Origin: the human T2T-CHM13v2.0 reference genome, Homo sapiens
Length of the DNA: 64,000 nt
Assembly (NCBI RefSeq): GCF_009914755.1
Contig: NC_060926.1
Strand: one strand, 5' to 3'
A program made the translations under genes and the position numbers. Positions 29,641 to 42,830 of this stretch are shown in pieces. Position 1 is the first letter of the stretch. Every line of letters begins with the position of its first letter. The notes below the pieces were generated by a model, which worked only from the letters and a program-made list of their open reading frames with translations, was not told where the DNA came from and ran no database searches.

Positions 29641-30381
29641 CCCCTATTTCTTTTTTATTACAGTTTTCAGAGAACAATGTCTGGTTACATTAGTTAAAAT
29701 AGTTAATGCACATTTACATATATAAAGAAAGAGTTTTTGTCTGTCTAGACACATTGAGGACACAGCATCATTCTTTAGTTAACAAGAACTTAAATATTTT
29801 TTAATACACACAGCATTGTGTTAGGTACTGTGGAAAATAGAAAAAAAGTATTATATTGCAAAATACTAACTCCAAGGAGTTAGTAATCCAGCTCAGGAGA
29901 AAATATATACATAGGTGAAAATTTAACTAGTTTTTCAATAATAATAATATAAAGCAATAGAAAAGACATCTCAGCGAAATAAATTTAAAATGAATAAAAT
30001 ATACTATAAAATGCTAACACCCAGAGTTGAGAGAGAGTGCTGAAATACTGCAGTCACAGATGCTTCTGTAAAGAAAATGAAACTCGAGTTCAGTCTTGAA
30101 CACTTCCTCTTACTTTAGTTGTGAAATATGTGAGGATATGGACAGTTGAGAAGAGAACTGAAAAGTGTTCGTTAGCTAAATACATGGGTTACGAGGTTAC
30201 TTAAAATTTCAGTGGCCTCAGTTTTTAAAAAAATATTTGTGGGTACACAGAAGTAGGTGTATATACTTATGGTGTACATGAGATACTTTGATAGCGGTAT
30301 ACAATGCCTATCATATGTTAAATGGGGTATCCATTCCCTCAAATATTTATCCTTCGTGTTATAAACAATCCAATTATACAC

Positions 30382-30682
30382 TTTTGGTTGGTTGGTTGTT
30401 GTTGAGACAGTCTCGCTCTGTCACCCAGACTGGAATGCAGTGGCAAGATCTCGGCTCACGCAGCCTCGACTTCCTGGGCTCAAATGATCCTCCCACTTTA
30501 GCCTCCCAAGTAGCTGGGACTACAGGCACATGCCACCATGCCTGGCTAATTTTTGTAATTTTAGTGGAGATAGGGTTTCACCATGTTGCTCAGGCTGGTC
30601 TCAAATTCCTTGGCTCAAGTGATCTGCCTGCCTTGGCCTCCCAAAGTGCTGGGATTAGAGGTGTGAGCCACTGTGCCTGGCC
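30382..30682 (-). mobile_element. AluJ inserted in the L1 3'UTR
   Basis: AluJ-type cagcctcgacttcctgggctcaaatgatcctccc. Confidence 0.9.
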
Positions 30683-32617
30683 CTGTTTTAGGTTATTTTT
30701 AAATGTGCAATTAAATTATTGTTGACAAATACTAGACCTTATTTATTCTTACTATTTTTTGTACCCACTCAACGTTCCTACTTATCCCCTACTCCATCAC
30801 TACCCTTCCCAGCTTTTGGTAACCATTCTTCTACTCTGTATCTCCATGAGTTCAATTGTTTTACTTTTTAGCTCACACAAGTTAAGTGGGAACATGCAAA
30901 GTTTGTCTTTCTGTGCCTGGCTTATTCACTTAATATAATGACTTCCAGTTCCATCAGTGTTGTTGCAAATGACAGAATCGTCTTGTTTGTTATGGCTGAA
31001 TAGTACACCATCGTGTACAGATACCACATTTTCTTTATCTATTCATCTCTTGCTGGACACTTAGGCTTCCAAATCTTGGCTATTGTGAACAGTTCTGCAA
31101 CAATCATGGGAATGCAGATATCTCTTTGATATCTTGACTTCCTTTCTTTCGGGTATATACCAGCAGCGGGACTGCTGGATGATATGGTAGCTCTAGTTTT
31201 AGTTTTTTAAGGAAGCTGCAAACTGTTCTCCATAGTAGTTGTACTAACTTACCTTCCAATCAACAGTGTAAGAAAGTTTCCTTTTCTCTACATCTTTGAC
31301 AGCAGTTATTGACTGTTTTTTGAATAAAAGCCATTTTAACTGAAGTGACATGGTATCTCATTGTAGTTTTGATTTGCATGTCTCTGATAATCAATGATGT
31401 TGAACACCTTTCCAAATGTCTATTTGCCATTTGTATGTCTTCTTTTGTGACATGTCTCTTCACATCTTTTGCCCATTTTAAATTCAGGTTATTAGAGATT
31501 TTCCAACAGAGTTGTATGATCTCCTTATGTATTCCAGTTATTAATCCCTCATCAGATGGGTAGTTCGCAAATATTTTCTCCCATGCTCTGGGTTGTCTCT
31601 TCATGTTGTTTATTGTTTCCTTTGTTGTGCAGAAGTTTTTAACTGGATGTGATCCCATTTGTCCACTTTTGCTTTGTTTGCCTGTGCTTGTGGGGTATTA
31701 CTCAAGAAATTTTTGCCCAGTCCAAATTCCTGGAGAGTTTCTCCAATGTTTCTTGTAGTAGTTTCATAGTTTGAGGTCTTAGATTTAAGTCTTTAATCCA
31801 TTTTGATTTGATTTTTTATATGGTGAGAGATAGGGGTCTAGCTTCATTCTTCTGTATATGAATATCCAGTTTTCCCAGTACTATTTGTTGAAGAGATTGT
31901 CTTTTTCCCAAAGTATGTCCTTGGCACTTTTCTCTAAAATGAATTTACTGTAGATTTATGAATTTGTTTCTGGGCTCTCCATTCTGTTCCATTGGTCTAT
32001 GCGTCTGTTTTTCTGCCAGTACCATGCTGCTTTGGTTACTAAAGCTCTGAATCCTAATTTGAAACTAGGTAATGTGATTCCACCAGTTTTGTTCTTTTTG
32101 TTCAAGATAGCTTTGGCTATTCTAAGGTTTTTGTAGTTCCATAAAAATTGTAGAACTGTGGGGATGGGCAGGAGACAAAAAAAATTTAGGAGTGTTTTTT
32201 CTATTTCTGTGAGGAATCTCATTGGCATTTTGATAGGGATTACACTGAATATGAAGATTGCTTTGGGTAGTATGAACATTTTAACAATATTGATTCTTCA
32301 AATCCATGAACATGGAATATACCTTTTTATGTGTCACCTTCAATTTCTTTCATCAATATTTTATACTTTTCATTGTAGAGATCTGTGGCTTCTTTGGCTA
32401 AATTAATTCTTAGGTATTTAATTTTATTTGAGACTATTGTAAATGGGATTACTTTTATTTCTTTTTCAGATTGTCCACCTTTGGTATATATAAATGCCAC
32501 TGATTTTTGTATGTCAATTTTGTATCCTGTAACTTTACTGAATTTATCAGTTCTAATAGTTTTTTTTTTTTTTTTTTTGGAGGAGTCTTTACATTTTTCC
32601 AACTACAAGATCATATT

Positions 32618-32926
32618 GGCCGGGCACGGTGGCTCACGCCTGTAATCCCAGCACTTTGGGAGGCCGAGGCAGGCGGATCACGAGGTCAGGAGTTCGAGAC
32701 CAGCCTGGCCAACATGGTAACACCCCATCTCTACTAAAAATACAAAAAAAAAAAAAAAAATTAGCCAGGCATGGTGGCACGCGCTTGTAGTCCTAGCTAC
32801 TAGAGAGACTGAGGCAGAAGAATCGCTTGAACCCAGGAGGCAGAGGTTGCAGTGAGCCGAGGTCACGCCACTTGCACTCCAGCCTGGGTGACAGAGTGAG
32901 ACTCCGTCTCAAAAAAAAAAAAAAAA
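32618..32926 (+). mobile_element. AluS (Sg-like) inserted in L1 ORF2
   Basis: gatcacgaggtcaggagttcgag; TSD aagatcatat / aagttcatat. Confidence 0.93.
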
Positions 32927-35900
32927 GTTCATATCATCTACAAACAAGGAAAATATGACTTCTTCCTTTCCAGTTTGGATGCCCTTTATTTCCTTCTTTC
33001 ATTGGACTGCTGTAGCTAGTACTTCCAGCACTATGTTGACTCACAGTGGTGAAAGTGGGCATCCTTGATGTGTTCCAGATTTTAGATAAAAGGCTTTCTT
33101 TCAGTTTTTCCCCATTCAGTATGATACTACCTGTGGGTCTGTCTTTTATGGCTTTTATTATGTTGAGGTATGTTCCTTCAATAGCCAGTTTTATGAGGGT
33201 TTTCATCATGAAGTGATGTTGAATTTTGTTATATGCTTTTTCAGCACCAATTGAAATGATCATATTATTTTTGTCGTTCATTCTCTTTATATGATGCATC
33301 AAATTGATTGATATGTTTATGTAGAACCATCCTTACATCCCAGGATAAATTACACTTGATCATGATGAATGATGTTTTTAATGCATTGTTGAATTCAGTT
33401 TGCCAGTATTTTGTTGAGGATTTTTGCCTCAATGTTCATTAGGGATATTGGCCTAAAGTTTTCTTTTTTTGATGTGTCTTTGTCTAGTTTTGGTATCAAG
33501 GTAATACTAACCTCCTAGAATAAATCTGGAAGTATTCTCTCCTATATTTTTCAGAATAGTTTGAGTAGGATTGACATTAGTTCTTTTGTAAATGTTGGCT
33601 AGAATTTAGCAGTGAAGCCATTGGGTCCTGGGTTTTTCTTTACTGGGAGATTTTTTTATTATGCATTCAATCTTCTTACTTGTTGTTGGTCTGTTCAGGT
33701 TTTGGATTGCTGCATGGTTCAATCTTGGTACTTTGTGTGTATCTAGGAATTTAAGCATTTCCTCGAGATTTTCCTATTTATTGGCATACAGTTGCTCACA
33801 GTAGCCACTATTGAGCCTTAGAGTTTCTACAGAATTAGTTGTAATGTCTCCTTTTTCATTTCGATTTTACTCATTTGGGTCTTCTCTCTTTTTTTCTTGG
33901 GTAGTCTAGTTAAAGGTTTATCAATTTTATTTTTTCAAAAACTTTTCATATCATTAATTTTTATTGTTTTCTTCATTGCAATTTTTAAATTTCTGCTCTG
34001 GTGTTTATTATTTCTTTTCTCTACTGATTTTGGGTTTGGTTTACTCTTGCTTTTCTAGTTCCTTAAGGTGCATAATTAGATTTTTTTGTTTGTTTGTGTG
34101 TTTGTTTTGGTGTAGGTACCTATAGCTATAAATTTCCCCCTTAGCACTGCTTTCACTAGATACCATATGTTTTGTTATGTTGTGTTTCCATTATCATTTG
34201 TTTCAAGAAATTTTTCCATTTCCTCTTAATTTTTTCATTGACCCCACCGCTCATTCAGGAGCACATTGCTTAATTCCTATGTGTTTGTATAGTTTCCAAA
34301 ATTCTTGTTATTAATTTCTAGTTTTATTCCACCGTGGTCAGAGAAGATGCTTGATATCATTTCCTTTTTTAAAATGTTTTAAACCATGTTTTGTGACCTA
34401 ACATATGGTCTATCCTTGAGGATTACCCATATGCTGAGGAGAAGAATTCGCGTTCTGCAGCTGTTGGATGAAATGTTCTGTAAATATTTATTATGTTCAT
34501 TTGGTCTACAGCATAGATTAAATCTGATGTTTCTTTGTTGGTTTTCTGTCAGGGACATCTGTCCAGTGCCAAAAGTGAGGTGTTTAACTCTCCAGCTATT
34601 ATTGTATTGAGGTCTATTTCTCTCTTTAGCTCTAATATTATTTGCTCTATATATCTGGGCACTCCAGTGTTTGTTGCATATAAATTATAATTGTCATACC
34701 CTCTTGCTGAATTGATCCTTGTATCGTTATATAATACTTTGTGTCTTCTCACAGTTTTTGTCTTGAAGTCTATTTTGCCTGATACAAGCATTGTTACTCC
34801 TGGTAATTTTTTGTTCCCATTGGCATGGAATATATTTTTTCAACCTTTTATTTTCAGTCTATGTGTGACTTTATAGGTAAAGTGTGTTTCTTGAAGGCAA
34901 CAGACCACTGGGTCTTGCTGTTTTTTTAAAAAAAACCATTTATCCATGCTATATCTTTTGATTAGAGAAGTTAGTCCATTTACATTCAATATTATTATTG
35001 ATAAGTAAGGAGTTACTTCTGCCATTTTGTTTTATGTTTTCTGGTTGTTTTGTGGGCTTCTCTTGCTTTCCTTCCTTCCTATCTTCCTTTTAGTGAAGGT
35101 GATTTTCTCTGGTAGTATGTTTTAATTTCTTACTTTTCATTTTTTGTTTATCTGTTGTATATAGTTTTTTATGTTAGATTACCATGAAGCTTGAAAATAA
35201 TATCTTATAACCCATGATTTTAAACTGAAGACAATACTGATTGCATAAATAAGCAAAAAGGAGACTAATTTAAAAATCTACACTTTGACTTCATCCTCCT
35301 GCTTTTTAACTTTTTTTCTCTTTATATCTTTTTGTACTGTTTATATCTTGAAAAGTAGTTGCATTTATTATTTTTGATGGGCTCATCGTTTAGTCTTTCT
35401 ACTTAAGACATGAGTAGTTTACATACCACAATTAAACAGTATTATAATAGTCTATTTTTATGTGTGCTTATTATTACCAGTGAGTTTTGTGCCTTCAGAT
35501 GATTTATTATTGCTCATCCTGTTCTTTCAGATTCGCAAACTATGGCATTTCCTGTAAGATAGGTCTGGTGTTGATGAAATCTCTCAGCTTTTGTTTGTCT
35601 GGGAAAGTCTGTCTTGCTATTTCATGTTTGAAGGGTATTTTCATGAGATATACTATTCTAGGGTACAAGTTTTTTCTTTCAGCACTTTAAATATGTCATG
35701 CCATTGTCCTGGCCTGTAAGGTTCCCACTGAAAAGCCTGCAGTCAGATGTGTTGGAGCTCCATTGTGTGCTATTTGTTTCTTTTCTCTTGCTGCTTTTAG
35801 GTTCCTTTATTTTTGACCTTTGGAAGTTTGATTATTAAATGCCTTGAGGTAGTCTTCTTTGGGTTAAATTTGCTTGGTGTTCTATAACCTTGTACTTGAA

Positions 35901-37980
35901 TATTGGCATCTTTCTCCAGGTTTGGTGTTCTATTCTACTAAGCTTGAACCCAAACCACAAGACAAAATCCTTCCCACCCTTCCCTCCTCTTTCCACAAGT
36001 GGAAGAGCCTCTCCTGCTGCTGCCACCACTGGCCCATGGGCAGTTCTGCCAGGCCACTGCCAATGTTCATTTAAGGCCCAAGCACTCTTCAGTCAGCTTG
36101 TGGTGAATACTGTCAGGCCTGGGACTCAGCCTTCAGGGCAGTGGGCTCCCCTCTGGCCCATGGCAGGTCCAGAAATACTGTCTAAGAGCCTAGGCCTGGA
36201 CTTGGGGGCCCCAAGGTCCCACCTGGTTCTCTATCCCAGTGTGGCTGAGTTGGTACCCAAAGCCAGCATGTATCAGAGTCTCACCTAAGGCCCATAGCAT
36301 ACCACCTGGATATCACTATTGGTTATTCAGGGCCTAAGGGCTCTTTAGTCAGCAGGTGATGAATCCTGCCAGGATTGTGTCCTTCCCTTCAAGGCCTTCA
36401 AGGCAGTGGGTTCTCTTCCAGCCCAGGGTATGTCTACATATGTCATCTGGGAGATAAGGCCCGAAATGGGGGCCTCACAACCCTGCACGTTGCCCTGCCC
36501 TACTGTGGCTGAGCTAGTATCCAAGATGCAAGACAAAGCCGTCTTTTCTCTCCTCCCTACTCTCCTCAAGCAGAAGGAAGGAGTCACCTTCATGGGTGTG
36601 AGCTACACTGCTTAGGGTTGGGAGAAGCATGGCATAAGCACTTCCTCAGCCACCCTGCATGGTGTCTCCTTAGGTCACATGTTAACCCAGTTCACCAGCT
36701 CTAAGCCCAGGACAGCATCAGGGCTTGCCTAAGAATTCCAGTCCTTGTAACCTAGACTGTCTTTTAAATTCACTTAGGACTCCAGAGCACTTTAGCCCAC
36801 AGTGGCACGGCCTGCTGAGAAATTCAAGTTCTGACCACTGGGATGGGTGCTTCCCTGCTGGCTATGTCTGGTCCAAATGCTCTCTGTGTGGGTAGGTGCC
36901 AGCTGAGGTCAGAACAGTTTTGCTTTCTGCTGCAACAGGGCAGCACTGAGTTCAATGCAAAGTCCCCCAGTCACTACGCTGTCCCTCCCCGACGTGTACA
37001 GATTCTCTCTCTGCACCACATGGGTGTTATTGGGGAATGCGGAGGGGCAGCATCAGTGTTTCAAGACTGTTTTTCCTGTTTTCAATGCTTCTTTCAGTGA
37101 TATGAAGTTAAAACCAGGTAACGTGATTGCTCACCTGATTTTTGGTTCTTATGAAGGTGCTTTTCTGTGTGCAGATAATTGTTAAAACTTGGTTTCCTGT
37201 GGGTGGTGGGGGGAGCAATCAGTGGAGGCTTCTATTCAGCCATTTTGTTCCACCTCAGTGGCCTTGGTTTAAAATAACTACAGAGTTTTTATTTTCTCCA
37301 CGTATGTTGACATATTTGTGATTATTATAAAACAATTACCTGAACTAATAAGATATTAAGATCTTTCAATGTAAGAAAAATGATAGAGCATCATAGTTAA
37401 TCATATGTTTTCATTCTCCTTTTCATATAAAATACAATTAAACTCTGTAAATATCTTATATGGCAAAGGGTATGGCTCTTTTTCCTCCAGCTTCCTCTAA
37501 TGAAAAAGCTGATTTCTGAAACGGTAGTATTGGGAACAAAATTGCTTGGTGAGAGAAAATAATGGACCTTATTTTAAAACAAGACCACTAAATCTAAGCT
37601 GTCCTCTATGAAGATGGAAGAACTAAACCGTAACCAGGTACTATCATTTGCCTGCTTCTGCTCAAAACTATGGACTCCCAACTATCATAGTAGAACTATG
37701 ATGCAAATAATTAAATGATGCAAAGCAAAGTTTAAAAAGAAGACTGAGATATAACTCTATCTTTAACATAGGAAAAAAATGTATCACTACCAATAGAAAA
37801 CAGCAATACTGCTATTCCTTGAAGCATGTCTATAAAATCTATTTGTGTCATTCTATTATCCTCTAATTAAATGTGGTTACTGTTTTATTTGAATCTACTT
37901 CTTAAAGGTGAATAACTAAAACGAATTCAATGCTTTTTCAATTGAACTAATTCATCTTTTTAAGAATTTTTGAATTATAC

Positions 37981-38127
37981 CTTATCTGCAGCTAAATCCA
38001 ACTTTCCATTCAGTATTTGAGCCTTTTTTAGGTACCGCTGAACATCCTGAAGATCTCCAAATGAATAAAATTCTTCTGATTGCTTAGCATAACTCTCCAA
38101 TTCCTCCACAAACCGTTCACACCGTAA
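37981..38127 (-). CDS. DNAH7: DNAH7 exon E (147 nt, phase 0/0): LRCERFVEELESYAKQSEEFYSFGDLQDVQRYLKKAQILNGKLDLAADK
   Basis: Read by hand: acceptor TTTTTATTAG|TTA, donor GATAAG|GTATAA; 49 sense codons. Confidence 0.93.
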
Positions 38128-39329
38128 CTAATAAAAACAATTTGTTGTTAATATTCTTAAAAGTTAAAACCCCTTGCTGTCAAAAAATTTTAACATTGTA
38201 GGAGTTATCAGAATTATTATTATATTTTGTCACTGGTAAAACATAAAAGGATGATCTGGAAAATGAACGAGATCTAAAATATGCAGAATTGTAAAACTTT
38301 AAATTAATGGATTTAGATTCCTCTAACTCACAGATTAGAAAAAGTCAACTCTGTATTATCTATGTAAGAAGTTCTAGCTAATAAAATTAATAAAAATGTT
38401 AGACAATGGTGATCTTTAATATGCTGAAGAATTTATGCAAACAAATAATTTATCAGCATTTGAAAAATCTCTTAATAATCAAGAATGGGACTAAAAGAAA
38501 ATTTCAATTTTTACCTATGCTATTTTTATAAACTGAAAAAAACGGAATTTCTTTAATTGTACTCTGATATCATTTCAATCAGCAATACTAAAGCAAGATA
38601 TTCCAAGGTTATTTTTCTTGTCCAATGGGCTCTCTTCACAAGAAACACGTAAGGTAAATAAATCCAGATTTAAACACTTAAAAACTATAGTGTTCTAATA
38701 TAAGATAGGTATGTATGTTTTAAGTAAAAAAGCCTTATTACATAATTGGTATTGGTAAGGCATTCCAAATTAAATGGCTCTAAAAAATAGCTCAATAAAA
38801 TATTCAAAAAATTTAGGTTATTCAAAAATAGATTTTCTATTTTATAGATTATCTAGGCTGATTTATGTCCTCTTTTCTCTAGTTTCCTGGCAAACTTATT
38901 GCTCTAGCCCAGTCGGGGAGGGAAAATGAGAGGAAAAGTTCATCAACAGTGTGTGTAGTTTGTGGAATAGTATACTTTAAAACATAGCATAAATAATTCT
39001 GGGCCACTTAGCAATTTTCCAAGAGCCTATTTTACTGAAACTTAAACATCTAATATTTACTACTCATGATGTTTTCTGCAGTTTTTAAAAAAATCTGATA
39101 TACCCTTAATGTAAAACAAAAATACAAACTACAGTTTAAAATGAAGAGTTTTTTAAGCCTATGAATTATTCTCCAAACAACATATTTTGCCAATTATATT
39201 TGCTATAATGTAATAGAAAGAAAGCATGGCTTGCTATTAAAGGACATCTGTACTGGCTGACCTAGAACAAGTCTCTTAATCTTTGGGAAACTTACTCTTC
39301 CACCTGTAAAATGAGACTGTAAATATTAA

Positions 39330-39790
39330 GTCATTTACTAATACAGTAGCTATGGAATGCTCACAGCATTTCTGTGTGTCAGTCACTGTGCTGGGAAGTG
39401 GATATAAATGGAGAAATGTAATAATGAAACAGCCCTGCTCTCAAGGAGCTGATGATCCCATCAGGAGGCAGACTTACAAACACTAACATAATGATCAGAT
39501 AATTGTCCGATAGAGATGTGGTCAAAGTGAGAGCACAGGAGAGAACAAGTAGCACTGAGGTCTGCTGAGAGGGCTTCTCAGAAAAATGAATAGAGTGTGC
39601 TAGATGAACAAGCACATGTGGGGCGGGGGTGTGCTCAGAGTGATGGGGAGAATGTGCAGGAGACAAGAAGCATAGGAGAGCAGACATCTAGAAGTTGACA
39701 GGGTTACTGAAAAGTCATGAGTGAGGAGTGGGGAGAAGTAGGCAATGAGGCTGGACAGTGAAATGGGCAAATCATAAATCATCTTATATG
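39330..39790 (-). mobile_element. L2 relic
   Basis: cagccctgctctcaaggagctga...gagggcttctcagaaaaatga. Confidence 0.55.
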
Positions 39791-40273
39791 GAAGACTGCC
39801 CCCTCCCCCCCAAGAAAAAAGCTGGAGTTACTGAATGTTAGAGTGACGATTCTGGGCACAATGCTCATGAGAGTGAGCAATTATGAGGTATGAAAGCACA
39901 TTTCATCAAGGGAGCTTTGATATTCAAACAAGTTTTAAAAACCGAAAATAGTACTATAAATTATGTAAGATAAATACTATTTTTATTAACTATCACCTAT
40001 GCACGATATATTCCATTTTTTTCACATTATCTTGAAAAATCAAGAAATGACTGCATATTGATCAATATACTACTGACTCCTTAATCATCCAATAAGCATT
40101 ATAAAAGATCCAATATATTACTGTCCCCACTAATATTTATAGTGAGATTATAGCATTATAGTATGAGAAAGCTAAAAAAGTATGCACTCAAATAAAATAA
40201 TTGACAATGCTACATAAAAAGATAAAAACAAAACATTTCCAGAAAATGAAAATAAAATATCTAAGATGCCAAC

Positions 40274-40498
40274 CTTCAGACCTTCTTGATATTGTTCTAT
40301 TTTCTCTTTAATGATTTTCCTGTGTTCTTCAAAAATTTCTCCCATCCTTCCATACCACTGGAAAACACTATTATTTAGCCTCATGTCTGCTGGAGAAAAG
40401 TTGACATACTCGATGAGGAAGGCGAGGCAGTTTTTGGAATCCACTAATCTCTGTTCTAGTTCAATCATATCAGTTACCTCCACTTTCTGAATGTAAGC
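40274..40498 (-). CDS. DNAH7: DNAH7 exon D (225 nt, phase 0/0): AYIQKVEVTDMIELEQRL...KIEQYQEGLK
   Basis: Acceptor TTTTCCCTCAG|GCT, donor CTGAAG|GTTGG; inside ORF 40172..40528. Confidence 0.94.
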
Positions 40499-40794
40499 CT
40501 GAGGGAAAACAAAAATTACAGGTGACATTTTAACGAACAGCTCATGTCACGAAACAGCCTGCGGAAATACACTGTATAACTATGCACAGACTTATTAGAA
40601 GTCAACACTTTTGGTTCAAAATCAGGGACTACAGCATAGTTTCCTTCTCATCCCTCCCAAACATCTCACTAAAATGACAACAACAAAAAAAAAGAAAAAG
40701 AAAGAAAATGCTCAACAACACATGGAAAACCAGGGAGGAGTGCTGTGGGTTCACAGAAGATAGATATGAAGCAGATACTATCTGAGTGAAGATT

Positions 40795-41110
40795 TACTCT
40801 TTCAGAGTAACATTTTATGGGCACCTGCTATGGGCCTGACACTGTGCCAGGTGCTGGCAATACACTGTGATGAAAGACAGACATGGGCTCTGCCCTCCCT
40901 GAGTTTGCAGTCCAGTTGGGGAGTCTCTTTTACCCAAATAACCACCAGAACAAATGTAAAACTTCGAGCTTGCAACAGAGACAACTGCTACACAGGCACA
41001 CTGCTCGGAGCATATCATAAGGATGTGAAGTAGTGAGAGGTGGAGGGTAGTTCCCATATCTTGGAGAAGCACAAATAGAAGGAAACGAGGGAATGAAACA
41101 AGTGGAGAGG
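40795..41110 (-). mobile_element. L2 relic
   Basis: gcacctgctatgggcctgacactgtgccaggtgctgg...ctctgccctccctgagtttgcagtccagt. Confidence 0.6.
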
Positions 41111-41480
41111 GCTGCATGTGGAGAGAACATGGGCCCAGTGGCAAGAAGGAGCAAGGGTAAGGGGCTGAGGGGCCAGCAGCACTGCAGCAGAGTGGTAGGG
41201 CAGCAGACCAGAGTGGTAGGGCAGCAGATGGCTTTGTTTCATTTATCCCAGTACTGAATACTCAAGGACAACCAACATTTCTTCGTTAGTTCCAGTCCCC
41301 CTGGTACCAATACTTCTGGACTACCATTCAAGGTAATAGGAGCTCCTTTGTGTCATGGAATGAAATTCTTGTTTTATGGGTGGGTATTGGGCGCGTGGGA
41401 ATGTGATAACCTAAACATGGATGCACTTTACTGTAAATTCCACTTTTTCCTCTTTCCCTGAACTGTTTGGACCTATACAG

Positions 41481-41803
41481 TTTTTTTTGTTTGTTGTTTT
41501 GTTTTTGTTTTTCTTTTTTTTGAGATGGAGTCTCACTCTGTCACCCAGACTGGAGTACAGTGGCACAATCTCGGCTGACTGCAACCTCAGCCTCCCATGT
41601 TCAAGCGATTCTCCTGCCTCAGCCTCCCAGGTAGCTGGGATTCAGGCATGTGCTAGGTTGTTTTTTGTTTGTTTTGTAATTTGAGTAGAGATGGGGTTTC
41701 ACCACGTTGGACAGGCTGATCTCGAACTCCTAATCTCAGGTGATCCGCCCACCTCAGCCTCCCCAAATGCTGGAATTACAGGCGTCAGCCACCGCGGCTG
41801 ACC
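41481..41803 (-). mobile_element. AluS
   Basis: T-rich tail followed by the Alu reverse complement. Confidence 0.92.
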
Positions 41804-41837
41804 CTTCCTTTGTATTTTTAAGAAAATATTAAAAATC

Positions 41838-42158
41838 GGCCGGGTGTGGTGGCTCATGCCTGTAACCCTAGGCTTTTGTGAGGTCTAGGCAGGCGGATCA
41901 CCTGAGGTCAAGAGTTCAAAACATGGTGAAATCCCGTCTCTACTAAAAATATATAAATAATTGGACGGGTGTGGTGGCGGGCGCCAGTAATCCAGCTACT
42001 TAGGAGGCTGAGGCAGGCGAATTGCTTGAACCCAGGAGGCAGTGGTTGCACTGAGCTGAGATCACATCACTGCACTCCAGCCTGGGTGACAGAATGAGAC
42101 TCCATTTCAAGAAAGAAGGGGAAGGGGAAGGGAAGAAAGAAAGGGAGAAGGAAGGAAA
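41838..42158 (+). mobile_element. AluS with a small left-arm deletion and a purine-rich tail
   Basis: GGCCGGGTGTGGTGGCTCATGCC...; gaccagcctggcc segment missing near 41920. Confidence 0.92.
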
Positions 42159-42781
42159 TAATGAAGACCTAACAATGTTTTTGAAGGAGAAAGTTGCTTA
42201 GAAATTGTTCATTGATATATTATTCTAATTAGACTAAATGCTTTTATGTTGTAAATCCAAACTAACAGGATACAAACCATGGTGGTTTCCACAAGTAACA
42301 AAATGTCTAACTGAAAATATATTTTTGATAATTTAGTTAATCAGCTATCTATGTAGTCAAATGACTGGGATTTTTATTTCCCCTTACTGATAATAAAGGA
42401 CTGATTTCTATACTGAATAAATTCACCAACTGTTTTGCCCTTGTGGTAATAATCTTTTTTAAAATATAGAAATATTTGAAATATCAGGCAATGAATCCTA
42501 TTTGCTAATTCTGTCAAAGGCTGTTATGTACAGTAGAAATTCACAATAAATAATCCCCAAATTCCTAAATATTTCCAGTAATAGCTAGGAGGATAAATAA
42601 ATGATGATACTCTCCATATTCAATATTCATTTTCCCAAAGGAATTTTCCTTTAATGAACAGGAATTTACAGTTTAACTCTCCAACTACATTTATAATCAT
42701 TCATAACCAAAGAATCACTTGATGTCCAACAATAATATAAAATATAAAAATATTCTAAAAATATATATAGGCATGTATGTA

Positions 42782-42787
<6 letters not shown>

Positions 42788-42828
<41 letters not shown>
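42788..42828. repeat. (CA)n microsatellite
   Basis: Direct inspection. Confidence 0.95.

Positions 42829-42830
<2 letters not shown>

Larger units (their letters stand above)
30225..37254 (-). mobile_element. Full-length L1MA2-like element with an internal 5'UTR/ORF1 deletion and two Alu insertions
   Basis: 5' end gaggtggaacaaaatggctgaatagaagcc; L1MA2-type 3'UTR; 16-bp TSD tcagtggcctcagttt (30209-30224) / tcagtggccttggttt (37255-37270). Confidence 0.92.

Noticed and set aside
41188-41228. 21-bp tandem duplication cagagtggtagggcagcaga(c)
   Set aside because: Ordinary local duplication with no evident role
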